A DNA stretch of 63,403 bases, the filler included, from Sphacelaria rigidula (lineage: Eukaryota): the NCBI GenBank assembly GCA_964200075.2. It is 11 parts of 11 records of this genome, joined end to end, with 100 filler letters (N's around TTAATTAATTAA, not from the genome) between each part and the next. Parts side by side here need not be neighbours in the genome. Positions count along the whole stretch, not along the records: positions 23,093 to 28,765 come from CAXNAA020025375.1; positions 28,866 to 34,538 come from CAXNAA020025376.1; positions 34,639 to 40,311 come from CAXNAA020025377.1; 8 more parts are not named here. One strand, given 5' to 3'. The notes under the pieces are model-generated. The model saw only the letters and a program-made list of their open reading frames with translations, had not been told where the DNA came from and did no database searches. The position numbers and the translations under genes are program-made. Shown piece after piece: positions 24,701 to 37,394 of the stretch. Positions within the stretch are counted from its first letter, which is position 1. Each line of letters opens with the position of its first letter.

Positions 24701-27664
24701 TTTGTGTTTGTCTCTGCTATATGCCGGTCGCCCCGGTGGCTCAGTTTGTAACCTCGAAACCTTCTGACCTTCTATGCGTGTAGCTGTGTTCATGTGAACT
24801 ATGTGCGTGCTGTTCACCTGCCCGCTGAGCGGGTTTGTAGAGGTTGCGCTCTCAAATTCAAAAACTTAGCTCTGGTTTTGCTCGTAACCCGAACCCACTT
24901 TGTTTGAAAACATCCGTAATGGGCAGCTGATTAAAAAAATGTGGGCTCCCGAACTAGAAAAAAACAATGCGGGATCGGTCATGATAAAAGGTCACAGTGG
25001 AAATAAGGATCCAGCTATATAGGTGGATATACTTTTTGCGTGAATAAACGTACTAGAAATATAATTCATTTCCGCCCGGCGTATATCTGCCTGTACCATA
25101 GAACCAGTTCCATACTACGTTTGAGCAGACCCGCCAGTCTAACACCGAACACATTTTTGAATTCACCCACCACCCCCAATAGTGATGAAGCATTATAATG
25201 CGAACAGACCACGACATGTACACGCGTAGTACTACATGCACATGCCGTCGACGCAGTCGTTGGCGTTCTCCGCGACGCGTCCGAGACTCTCTCTTTAGAC
25301 ATAAAGTACTCCTTGATCTCGGTTGTGTAACTCATCTGAGTGGGCGCTCACGACGTCACGCAGTTCCGTTTGCAGTGGAAATCGCTCAAGTGCGATTGCA
25401 CTACTGGGGCTGGCACTAGCGCGTTTGCTTCGTTCGATGCCCACTGGCATTCCCGGAGGCACGTGTTGTACGTGTAAGTCAAGACGGATCTACAAGTAGT
25501 GGTCAGGGATAGATCAAGAGAATCTAGCGGGAACTTGCCGAGCGACGACTCCGGTCTCAGCTCCGCCTTCCTGCGCACCCTTGCGCACGTGGAAGGACGT
25601 CACTCGGACTAAAACGATAATGTCTGGAATTTGCGTGGTGCGATGCGCGAAAGAGTTGCCATCGTCAATCTATGGCCCTTACTTTCTTTCCGTCCCTTCT
25701 TCTGCTCGTATGGCGTTCTTGCTTTTCTTCATTGAGGGCGTTTGTCTCTTCTGCCCGTTTTCCATTCCACTTCAATGTGAGAAAGAATAGGAAAATTGGA
25801 AGTGTGATGCGAAGCAGAGCGATCTATTATGTATATCCCTGTAAATATATATACTTATATACTGCTATGAGGGGGAAAAAATCGCCAACAAAAACGGGGG
25901 ATTTGGATTCGAAATGACCTTGTCACGTATGTCGCACGCAGTATGTGTCACGGTTTTTGTGAGAGCCACGAACAGGCATATTGTTTCGCCGTGATGCGTG
26001 ACCGATAAGGGGACCATCGTGAGCAGGATCGCACCGGCATTACATGAGTTGGATTCATACAAAGACTTCCCAGACCGTACCGCAAACTTCACGCGATGGA
26101 TGGGGGCGTGCACCCGTCTCTCATTCATAGCAATAGGTTGCTGGTCGCCTAGTGGCACGGAGTTGCACACGTCTGTGACGAGTCTGAGTCTTACTCGTGC
26201 TAGTGTTGAACCGATGTCCGAGTTACTCGGATTGCTCGAATCATTCTTCGCAGGAGCTTTTCTTCTGGAGTGAACCGTGTGACTGGAGCCGTACGAATCA
26301 TTATTCTTTCGAACGCTCGTATGACTCAAGTCATTCGGGTCATGCGTGTCGTCATTTCCCTGAATGACTCGTGTGACTCGATTCAGAGTTGTCGGACTTC
26401 CGGATAATGTGTGACAGAGTGGGGCTACGGTAGGGGTGCATAAACGTTTAATGGGAGTGGAAATTGTTAGGAGTTCTTCATCTCATCCTAAAAATGAGTT
26501 CTGAAATATGCGGATGTTTTATTGCTGTACAGCCCCCAAAGAAGATCGAGGTGCCGAGGGATGTCGCATCTTCCTGTCTGTGGCGCTGTCCAATGCGAAG
26601 ATCGATTCCTCTCTGCCTCTCTTTTTGGACAGGACGCGCCTCTGTGGGTCGCAGAACATGTCGAAAAGCAGGGCGATGTTCTCGTCGCCGCTACCGTTCT
26701 CTCACACACAGGTGCCAGCAAGAACGTTGTTGCGGCAATAAGAAGATCAAATCGCAACTAGGGGGTGTTATCGCCATCGCCGATCTTACCCGACCTCTAC
26801 ATCTGTAATGGCACAAAAAGGAGAAAAGTCTGCCACATCCCAGGTGGGGGGATGTATGAGAGATCAAGCACTCGTGCAGACCTTCTCTGCATGCTGAGTG
26901 GGAAAATATACCTCTGGCTGCGACCTAGCTGTTGCTGGCGTGACCCATATGGTGGCGGCCACCCTGTAATCTGAGTCTTTCTGATGTACAACCAGTCGGT
27001 CGTGCTCAGCAGGGTGTGTGTATCTGTTGCAAGGGCAAAACAAATGACATGTGATGACATCCTAAGCTGAAGCGACATAGGGATATGTTTTCACCAGGAA
27101 CAAGGGTGTTCTATGATCAACCACACTGGCCGTTACATTCGTGACCCATGCCGTCAAATGCCGACCGCCAAGGTCTTGCCTGAAAATAGCTCTCAACCAC
27201 CAATAGTCGGCAGTACGTCAAACAAGCCCGGACATAGCTTTCGTTGCTCTACAAGTAGTACTGACTGCCTGTACAACAACCGTAGCACCGAATTTCACAA
27301 TGAATACTTGTAAAAATAAACAGCTTCCTTTTTTCAATTTGTATTGCATAGAATCAGAACGGCTCTCAAAAGCTGTTCTTAGAATTACGATTTGAACTTA
27401 GCATGGAGAATCGCGAAGACATGCTGAAAAATTAAAAATTAAATGGCCTCTATTTCTTTTGTTTTCGGAGAGGTAAGAGCGTTTTCGTGAAAAGTTGATT
27501 TTCACTGTACTAAAACATCCAAAAACTAGCGAAAAAACTAGCAATTAACCTGGCACTTTTTTTGTTCATCACGCCCTCGCAAGGTCCCACACAAAATTTC
27601 AAAACACAAGCACCAAGCCTGGGCCGGTAAATGCCCTGCAGCATCAGGTTTTTTCACGGGTTAA

Positions 27665-27761
27665 CCCTTAGACCGCGAGATTAGTCTTCCTGCATCATAT
27701 GCATACTTTTTTTCACTCGATGATGCAGATTCAACAGAAGACTAACCTCGCGGTCTAAGGA
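27665..27761. mobile_element. piggyBac-like MITE (97 bp)
   Basis: TTAA|cccttagaccgcgagattagtcttc ... gaagactaacctcgcggtctaagga|TTTA. 25-bp TIR with 2 mismatches, right TTAA decayed. Confidence 0.75.
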
Positions 27762-29554
27762 TTTAGGGCAATAATCAGTCTCCAGTCACAAGTCAAAGGC
27801 AACTAACAGTTTTCAGTTTTCAGTTTTCAGTAAAATGCGATTAATTCATGAACAAAAACAATTTGACGTCCAGAGGAAATTTTATTTATTATGCGTTATC
27901 ACTGCCCGTACCAAATGTCAAAGTCCAACTCCCAAAATTGAGGTGAGGCGGGACCTGCAAACTACAAATTCACATCTAGGCTGGACCAGCTGGTATTGTC
28001 ATGGTCAAACACCCTCTACTGGAAACGCTCACGGTTGCATCCCTACACTCTGGTAAGTGGGGCAGCAAGCGACGTGACAGATCATATGCCCCTTATATCA
28101 GTACAAAAAACGTCCGACTGTGTCGTGTATAACATGAAACTATACACCGCAAAATCGCCATCAGCTAGAAACGTGAGCATGCTACGCTGTGTGATGCGAG
28201 CTCGGGTTGCTATCGCTCACGCCCAAATCTCGCCTGCCAAGCGATACCGTCATTCGCAGCTTTTGCGTTCGGCACCCAGACCCGCGTTGACGGTGCACTC
28301 GCCTCATAACGAAACCCGCGTCAAATTAAACCTCGCTGCAAAGGGTTGAAACGAGAACAACCGAAGGACGTGCGTTTCCGACTTGTCACTGCACCACCGT
28401 CCACTATACTGTACTTCGAAGCCAGGCGATGTGTGACCATGCACCACGCGGTAAACATCGAAACTTTTCTTCGTGTCGGCTTTTCTGCGGGACGCGCATA
28501 CCAGGCATTTGCGTGGACCGTGGATCGGTGGCATGCTCAGCTAGGATGGCCTTAGGATGCAAGCTATAGCAAACAAGGAGGCAAGACGGGAAAACAAGCA
28601 GGGAAGTCTTCAGACCAAATTGTGCCTTCCTTGCACGGTTGGGACAAATCATCACGACTCAAAATTACCAATTTCAGGATTTCTTCGGCCTGATTGCCCA
28701 AAGGGGAGAAAAAAGTTGATCGCTGGTCCAGCGGGTATACACGCAACTTTGCGCCATTCCACGTGNNNNNNNNNNNNNNNNNNNNNNNNNNNNNNNNNNN
28801 NNNNNNNNNTTAATTAATTAANNNNNNNNNNNNNNNNNNNNNNNNNNNNNNNNNNNNNNNNNNNNCAAATGAGTACGCCCCCCCCCTCCCCTCCATGCCC
28901 CATATTGTTTCAAGTCTTGTAGTGTTTTTGACCGTTTCTTTCTGTGCTTTTCCTTTTTTTTTTTCTTCACCTTCTTAGCCTACTAAGCCGTTCTGTTCGA
29001 CTTTTTCTGTTCCTTCTTTTTCATCAGCGAGTCCTCCAGTTTTGTTTTGTTTTGTCTTGGGTACGTCTACCACGTGACCACGGCTGGATCCTGGGGGGTC
29101 GGTCAGTTGAAGTGCGACAATCAATTAGTCAAATCGATCAGTGAAATAAATCAAGCGAGACGTTCCCTGTCAACGGAATACTAACATGGACCTCGAGTGG
29201 TACTTCCACGGAGTCGCAAACCCTCATCGCAGGACGAAGGTTAGGTACCAGAGTGAAATAATCAGGGTCATGGTGCAACGCACAGTCTCGTGGGGGGCGG
29301 GAAGGGTTCGTTAAGTCACAGTTAGGGATGCGAATCGCTCACCAAACATATAGGAAACTTCCCCCCCCAAAGTGTCCTGGCTCTTCCTGATGGACAAATC
29401 AAGCCAGCCAGTCAGAAACAAAGGATCTATCCGGTCGGTTCCAAGAGAACCCCGGAAGGCCTTCTGCGCAGATCTGCCGTAGGTGCATTGCTCACGGTCG
29501 TACTGATGACTAATTTTTCAAGATTATTCCGATGCAGATGCCGACCCCGGGGGT

Positions 29555-30380
29555 GACTATGGACGAAGCCAAATTCAAACATGGAGTACAATAGCAGTGC
29601 AATGCAGTACAAAAGCTGTGCGGTACAGACAGTACAGTGCAGTGTTGTCTTATTATCTCTCCACCCGCTGCTTTCCTTCCCTTCTTCGATGGACACCATA
29701 AATGATCAGATCATACCAAATCTTTGAAAAGCGTTTAACCTATTAGCCTCTACGGCGGGTCACCTGGGTCTTGCATTCATGTTTCAAGTCAAAATTATGC
29801 CAACGCACAACAGATTACTCTCCCTCAAGTAGGTGGCTGTATATAGATGGACAAAGCCCAACAAGGCTCAATACAGCACAGGACAACGCAGCACGATGTA
29901 GAACAGTACAGTTCAGGAGGATGTTGTCTTCTCTCCCGCTCCCCCCCCCCCCTGCGTTCTTTCCCGTTGCTCCCATTATCTATGGCCATTACCATTGACC
30001 AGATGACAAAAAACCTCTTGAGAGCGTGAGCTCGTCCAGTCCCCAGCTTTGGAATTGAACACATGGACTTCCACTGTGGGTAATGTGGGTCTTGCACTCA
30101 TCTTTCAAGTCAAAATTATGCTAATGCACAACAGATGACTCGCCCTGAAGGTGGTTATATGTAGATGGGCAAAGCCGAACAAGGCATAACAGTACAACAC
30201 AGGGCAATGCAGTACAATGCAGTCCAGTCCAGTCCAGTCCAGGAGAGTGTTGTCTTCTCCCTCTCCATCCGTGCGTTCCTTCCCACTGCTCCCATTATCT
30301 ATGGGTATCACCATGGACCAGATGGCAAGAAACCTTTGGAGAGTGTGAACTCGTCTTGCCCCCAGCTAGGAACGTGAACC
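29555..30380. repeat. Diverged tandem array, ~320-bp unit (two full copies plus one partial)
   Basis: gggtcttgca.tcat.tttcaagtcaaaattatgc.aa.gcacaacagat.actc at ~29767 and ~30088. atgg.c.aagcc and gcagtaca motifs recur three times. Confidence 0.8.
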
Positions 30381-30688
30381 CTTGGGCATACGTGGTGGGC
30401 AGTCTGGTTCCCTTCCATATTTCGAGTCGAATCATGCCAAGCCACTATATGTGAACACAGCACTGAAGCTTCATAGCGCAGAGATGACGTACAGCCGCCA
30501 GGCCACACGTGGCGGTGAAGGTGGACGTCCCACGCTCGGCACACCAGGCGGCAAAAATATATATATACATATATTTTGCAGAGTTTCGGCGAACGCTAGA
30601 AGAGTTAAGAAGAAAGAAAGTTACCTTGCAATGCGGGTCAGGGGTGTGGACGTGTATGTGGCGCCTGAACAGGGAGGACGTCGCTTAA

Positions 30689-30809
30689 CCCTTTTGGAAC
30701 CCATCGACGATTTTTGTTTTTGTGAATCGGCATCATTTTCAGTCATTTCATTCAAGTCGAAATGATGCCGATTCACAAAATCAATAACCGTCAGTGGGTT
30801 CCCAAAGGG
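30689..30809. mobile_element. piggyBac-like MITE (121 bp) with intact TTAA TSD
   Basis: TTAA|cccttttggaaccca...tgggttcccaaaggg|TTAA, with inner perfect stem ttttgtgaatcggcatcattt / aaatgatgccgattcacaaaa. Confidence 0.88.
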
Positions 30810-32098
30810 TTAAACGCACGATTTGCTCGTTCTAATGATGTTGCGTTTACACAAGTGTATCCCCATGGAAGAAAGGAAATCAGGATGAGTTGTCTATGGT
30901 CGATAAAATTTCGTCGAACGGCCTGAAAATTCGGAGGATAACAGTATAGAGAGACTGTGCGTGCAGCTGACATGCGCACGTAAGTATAGGAATATCGCAG
31001 TGGAACTACTACCAAATTCTCCTTCCATTTTTCTGTAAGACGAAAACCATTTATTTTTATTTTTCACTGCTTTTGAATGTTACTGTTTTTGTAAGTGGTC
31101 ATGGTCCTGAAAAAAACGGGACCTGACCATATATATATATTTTTTTTTTCTTGTTTGTATTTTCATGCTTCTCTAAAAACGAAAGCGGATTCTAGTGTTC
31201 CCTATTTCATTTGTTGTTGTTGTTGTTGTTGTTGTCGTTGTTTTATGCTTATGTTGAAAACCCAAACCTGGGTCCAGTTTTACTGAAACATTATTATTAG
31301 GGCTAGGTGAGCCCCCTCTCCGTCTTGTAAAAACAAAAACTGAATCCGTCTTTACTATTTTTGATGACACTTTTTTTGTACTTCCATGCTTTTGCGAAGA
31401 CGCAGACTGACTCCATGTTCACTAAAGCATTACTTTGGCCACATAAAGTCCTCCTTCCTCCTTCCCTTCCCCCGTCCCACTTTGCCGCCACCTCTCCCCC
31501 CCAACTTCCACCCTCGCATTGTGTCTCAGCGGCTACTTGCGAGCGGCGCTGGTGTTCGTTCTCCTTTTATCGCTCAAGGGCTCAGCTACATACCCCCGAG
31601 GCGCTGGGATGATGCTGTCGACTATAGGGGTGGTGTGTCATTTCTACCGGGTCTACGTTGGCAGGTAGGTACATTTTCAGATAACAAAGCTTGAAAAAAT
31701 AAGCGACCGCGGGCAGAGACGAGGAGCACAAGAACCATTTTTAACTTGCAGCGCTATAGGAACGAATCCGAAAGGGTCAGTCACAGTGAAGTATGCACGA
31801 GCTACCTGTACTTTCGCTGCAGAAATGCTGTGTACTGTACTCAACCGTTTGACGGTGGAACTGTGCGTCGGAGTGTGCATACGCCCGCGTATCACTTCGT
31901 ACATCTATTCTTGGGATACGGGTGCTGTTGCGGTGAAGGTCCTCGAACGCATGGCGGGTCAAGTGGCTCAAATAATGTATTCCATATCCGACTTTTTGAT
32001 CCCGGGTTCTTCGCGAAGAGAAGCTCATGGAGTGACCAGAAAACCCCCCAAGAAACGCCTCTTCGAAAGCCCGACGGGCTCCGTCCAGGCTTGTAGGC

Positions 32099-33727
32099 AT
32101 GCGAGGTCAATGGTGTTCTGACTGTGGCATGCATGATAATGACTTCCCCCCCCCGCCCACCCCGCCCACCCTCCCCCGTTCACCCCCTGCCACTCCCTTT
32201 TCTGTGGCAAATGACAGCAACAGGAACAAAACACCCATGAGTAGGGGAGGAGTAGGACATCCGACAGGTTTCCTAAATGGCGAAGGCGAAATCGAAGGGG
32301 GGGGCGACACGGGCGTACCTCTTCCCCAACTTCCCGTATTCTTGAGTGAGGGCGGTCGCAGCCTTCCACCGGCATCTGATGCTGCACTGCTGCGGACAGA
32401 AAGAGGGGGAGGAGGAGGCGTTATTGGGGGAGGGGACGATTTGACGATATCCCCTGGCGGCCGTCGGTCTTCTCGAGTTGCCGGAGGTGGCGGCAGCCAA
32501 CCCCAAACACTTTCTGTACCTCTTTTGGGCACGGAGCATGATGGTCGTGGGATTGGTGTTGGCGGTGAATCAAAAACATCAGCCCTTGCAGAGGGAGGCA
32601 AGATTGGCGGGGAGGGTCGCGGGGGGTGGAGTTATCACCATCACCACGAGAGCTCCCTTCCGCTCCCGTCATCGTCCTCTGGAATGTTCCCTGGGGCAAC
32701 GTCGAATTCTGACGAGGACTATGGCGGGACTACCCGCAGCGCTCGAGGTGGCCACCCCAGCGTTCACGGTGTCGAAGGCGTGTCTCCGTCCCGATTTGCG
32801 TGGCGTTGGATGGGCCTGCGCCGAACCACCACCAATGCCGGTGCGGCGGGAGGCCGCGGCGTGGTCAGCGTCACCGGTGGCGGTGATTTCCCGTCCTCGA
32901 CGGCAGACCCTTGCTCCCCGTCTCCGCCGCTGTTGCTGCAGAATCCACCGCGCGATGCTGGGGAAGCTGGACAGTCGTCGCGGTTCGTACCGCGCGGTGG
33001 CGCGGCACAGCCGTCCGTGATTTCGGGCACTTCGTCCTCGTCATCAGGGGGTGCTTCTGTGCGTGCGAGCAACGGTGGCGGCGCCCTGGGAAACAGCGGT
33101 GCGTCATTTATCCCCGGTAGGGGAGATACGCTTGCTACCGTTGCGAACAACAATCCCTCCGACACAGCGGTGTCCGAAGGAGTGACCTCGCGGAGGCATC
33201 CAGGTGTGCTGTACGCCAGGCGGCAAGGTCCCGGTGCTCACGGCACGAGCAGCAGAGGTGGTACCCTCGGACCCAGGAACGACAGCATTGGCAGCACCGC
33301 CACAACAGCGGAAGCAGAAGCAGCAGCAGCAGCAACGGTGAGTAGCAGGGCTCGCTCGTCCAAATCGAGTGGGGGGCAATCCATAGGACTAGTAGGTCCA
33401 AGCAGCGCAGCAGGAGCTACCGGTGCAAACTATAGGCAAGCGCTCAGCGGGGCAACACGCGGCGCGGCGACAGTGGCAAACAGCACCGCAGTACCGCCAT
33501 ACGGCGGCAGGGGAGGCGACGCGCAGCAGCTGATGGGCGCAGGGGGAGTGGGGGACACGGAAGCAGGCGGGATGGGGACGGGGACGCGGCGGAGCGGCGC
33601 GCGCGGGATTCATGTTAGACCGTCTTCGATTGGGTCATCCTCCGTACGATCTCCTTCGCCTTCATCATCTTCGTCGTTTTCGCTCAACGGGTTCGAGGTT
33701 ATCGACAAAGAGGATATGTGGTCTTGA
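32099..33727 (+). CDS. Long Gly/Ser-rich low-complexity reading frame, probably a terminal exon of an unknown protein
   Basis: 542 open codons in a GC-rich block, preceded by ttgtag. Ends NGFEVIDKEDMWS*. No recognisable domain. Confidence 0.6.
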   Translation: MRGQWCSDCGMHDNDFPPPPTPPTLPRSPPATPFSVANDSNRNKTPMSRGGVGHPTGFLNGEGEIEGGGDTGVPLPQLPVFLSEGGRSLPPASDAALLRTERGGGGGVIGGGDDLTISPGGRRSSRVAGGGGSQPQTLSVPLLGTEHDGRGIGVGGESKTSALAEGGKIGGEGRGGWSYHHHHESSLPLPSSSSGMFPGATSNSDEDYGGTTRSARGGHPSVHGVEGVSPSRFAWRWMGLRRTTTNAGAAGGRGVVSVTGGGDFPSSTADPCSPSPPLLLQNPPRDAGEAGQSSRFVPRGGAAQPSVISGTSSSSSGGASVRASNGGGALGNSGASFIPGRGDTLATVANNNPSDTAVSEGVTSRRHPGVLYARRQGPGAHGTSSRGGTLGPRNDSIGSTATTAEAEAAAAATVSSRARSSKSSGGQSIGLVGPSSAAGATGANYRQALSGATRGAATVANSTAVPPYGGRGGDAQQLMGAGGVGDTEAGGMGTGTRRSGARGIHVRPSSIGSSSVRSPSPSSSSSFSLNGFEVIDKEDMWS

Positions 33728-34476
33728 GACGAGAAGAATAACGCAGGTGGTCGACGCCGTAGGAAAAAAAATGCGCTTGTCGCGGTTCGCCTTTCTGCCC
33801 ACTTTTTTTGCTGTCGTATGTTCGTGTGTGTATATATATATATATTATATACGAAGTTTTGTTTTCGATGAAAGCGGCAGCAGGCTTGTCCCGGGATGTA
33901 TTCTAGCTTCGAAAAGGTGAACCGTCGAGCCTGCGGAAACCAGTAGACATTGGGATCAAGGCTGTTTTTTGTCGGTTATTGTTCTCTGTTTTATCATCGC
34001 TAAGCTTGGGGTGTCGCGCACGATCGAGGCTGTTTTCCCTCTCTGATTCGAACTCTTGTTTCGAGGGTATAATGATACCAACAAGACACGTCAAGTCCGT
34101 GACACACACGTCAGATTTCGAGATGCCGGATGCAAAACTTCCACCGTCGTTGTTTCTCTGCGTGTTTTGCTGCATGTTGTCGGTCGGTCTGTGAATTTGT
34201 TTTGCGACGTTTCATCATGTCCAATGATCGTGAGTCGTTTTCGATGGTGTTGACTATTCACAGCGCTTCCGGGAGGTGCAAGCGCAGCGCGAAGATTCCC
34301 ATGGAGCGCTGTGAGGCTCTGTTATCCCACCGAGGCCGTAGGTATTGGTGTACAGCGTTAGGTGTCGTCGAAACTGAAATTTCGCTTCGGCTCTAACGGT
34401 ATGCTGCACGACAGCAGCGGAATATGACCGATACTTGTGCGGACATGTGCGAGGCGGCGTGTGTCCCCCCCCCCCG

Positions 34477-34538
34477 AGTGTTCCGTCTCGAAAGGGATGC
34501 GTGGTCAATGGTCAAATGACTAAGGCAAGCAACAAATG
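34477..34538 (+). repeat. LINE 3'-end fragment (dispersed repeat)
   Basis: gtgttccgtctcgaaagggatgcgtggtcaatggtcaaatgactaaggcaagcaacaaatg matches the terminal codons of the LINE at 62035-63000. Confidence 0.8.
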
Positions 34539-35002
34539 NNNNNNNNNNNNNNNNNNNNNNNNNNNNNNNNNNNNNNNNNNNNTTAATTAATTAANNNNNN
34601 NNNNNNNNNNNNNNNNNNNNNNNNNNNNNNNNNNNNNNGTGAGCTGCATCCTGCTAAGATTGTTCGGCCCGAAGCCTACTACTTATCTTGGTACGAATGA
34701 CAGCCTACAGTGAGTTGCTTCATTATCTGGTATCGCCACTTCCAGAGACAGCCACGGCTTGCACACTACCTCATGGATGTCTCACTGTTCAAACACCACG
34801 TTGTACGATCATCCTCATTGTGAGGAGTTGACGGTCTCCCACGCCGCACAACATGATCTAGCTTGACTACCATCATGGTTACCGCGAAAAAAAACGCAAG
34901 CACGCAACTAAAAATCAGTATCCTGGTTGCCTAGCTTACGCAGTGAGTGGCGTGTTTTATAGCGTCATCGCCAACCGACGCCAACTCCATGGGCGGCCCG
35001 CC

Positions 35003-35130
35003 ACTACAAAGCCGGGACGAAGCACACCGGGTTCTCGCCGGACCAGGCTGGGGGCGGGGGGTACTCACTTGTTGCTTGCCTTAGACGTTTGACCATTGAC
35101 CACGCATCTCTTTCAAGACGGAGCACCGGG
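35003..35130 (-). repeat. LINE 3'-end fragments (dispersed repeat)
   Basis: ctacaaagccgggacgaagcac... and gtactcacttgttgcttgccttagacgtttgaccattgaccacgcatctctttcaagacggagcaccg match 63080-63360. Confidence 0.8.
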
Positions 35131-37394
35131 GGGGGAGATGGGTAAATCTCTTGAGACTATTGGTGGGTCCCGAGGACGGGGAGGGGTTGAAAGTGTGACA
35201 AAAAGGAAGTATGACATATTTGATATTCCCTTTTGGCGCCGGGACCCTCAGATGGACCCTAGATGGACACCTGAAAAATGCGCGAGGAACGGCAACTTCG
35301 CCAACGTAAAAAACGCCATATATTACGCGGATGAGAGGTTCCGCACTTCGATTTTCTGCGAAAGGGGGTGTTATTGGGGGTGAGGGGTTGATATGGAAGT
35401 ACACTAGACCAATATAGACACTAATGGGCCCTTCACTTGCTATTTGAACAGGTCTTTTCGACAACTCCGGCGGCAAAGCATGAATCGAGCACAAAATAGT
35501 GACCTGCGTCCAACATCACATTTGCTTCTTATTGCAACCACGGACTTGCGTGGAAGTGCCAGGTAACAGTCCACAGTGCCACGTTGGCTGAATGAGAGGG
35601 ATGACGGCAAACACCGCGCGGTGTCTTGTATTGTATTCTCCAAAGGCGATCCTCAGGCCGCTTCTCATAGACTAGAAAAAAAATCGGGCGGACGACTTTT
35701 CTCGGTGAGTTTTCTCAGAAAACTCATTTTTCAGAGTCCCACCTGAAAGTTATTTTAAAAAAATCCAGCGGGTTTGTACACTCAATGTCATCATCTAGCC
35801 TGCGTGCACATGGGTAGTTGTCATCATTTGTATGTTGTGCTTGTGCAACCTGCGGAAAACTACACTAAAATATCGCCCACGTATAGGATATATGGGATGG
35901 CAACACAACACACGCACACGCACGCACGTACACACACAAAAAGTAGCTACTGGTACAATAGGGATGGAAACGACAGGCGTATCAACCCTTACTTCAGCCG
36001 ACCATCGCTTGGTGCATGGTAGTACAATAGTGTCGCAAGCGGTGCAGTGTGCAGCAGTACGGTTTGTGCTATACCGAACACAACAAAGCCAAGTGATGTG
36101 GCAACAGTCTTTTAGGACGAGGAATACTACAGAGTTCGCAATCGGTGGCCGGCACGACGAGTATGAAGCGATACGAGCAGTCAGTACAGCCAGTCCGGGC
36201 GTCACTTTTGCCGCTTCTTGTAGACTAAAAAAAACTCTCCGAGAATTGTCATTTTGAACCTTTCATTTGGAATCATTGACGGAATATGGGCTTTGGCAGA
36301 TTTGGCCTTCTTGGAAAGATTTGCTTCATGTTTCACGAGGATTCTAGCGCACTTTTCTGATTGTTTGTACGCCTCGTTTCACTCTGCACCGGATCCTAAT
36401 TTTTTCCAGTCGCCCCCCAAATCGTCCAGTTGTCGGAAAAAAGACGCATTTCCTCCCAACAACTAAATTTTTTGGGGTGACTGAAAAAATCCAGATTCCG
36501 GCCAAATGTAAAACTGGGCGTACGAAAGATCGGACAAGCGCGCTAGAATCCTTGTGAAAAAATATAGCAATTCTTTCCGAGGAGGCCCGATCCGCAAAGG
36601 CCCTGATGCCGCCAATAATCCGTAAAGATTCAGAAGGGCAGTTCTCAGAGAGATTTTTCTTCAGTCTAAAAGAAGTGGCCCAGTGGTTCACCATCCACGC
36701 TTCGCACAATATATCGCCGGAGTCAAACACGGTCAAGGAATGGACTCTGGCCCGCGGTTGTCGGGTCACCATTATGCATCACCTCCTTTGCACCGCCGCA
36801 TGCACCGCGATGCCGGTAAGTTTTGTCCGCAGACTGCTGTACCACCACTGTACGCCGACAGACAGTAGAGGCGCCATATGTACTGTCGGTACAAATCCCT
36901 TTCAGTGAAATCTTGGTGACATACATGATGGCGCATATCCCACGGGACTGTCAGCAGGAATTTGCACCGAAACGAAGCCTGGGGCTGGAAGGGTTTCATT
37001 TGTTGTTTCTCGACTGTACGGACAGCAGGTGGACAGTTACGTCATATAGTACTGTACTGAATCATTTTTCCAGATATTTTTTCAAGATACTCGTACATCC
37101 ACATATTTCGCCCCGTGTCCACGAAGCAGTCCATTATTCGCTGTTCATGGTAAGTGTGTATGCCCAGGCATAAATTCCACGTATAGTCTTCACTTTTGAA
37201 GGGGATCAACTCCAGGGTCCATGAAATATCTTGCATTCTTCTTGGCCTACAAAAGATCAATAAAATTTGTATTTCGGTGGGCAAAAGATCTGACTCTGTC
37301 TGGCATCTCTCTGACGTGCAAAGGCGCCGCAAGACAGGTACATCTCACAAGGCTTTATTTGATCGCATCTGAGTCGGTCTTGGAAGAAGCTCAC

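Noticed and set aside
31578..31664. Upstream exon for the 542-aa ORF
   Set aside because: Splice-like boundaries exist, but the only phase that joins to the 32099 frame contains a stop.
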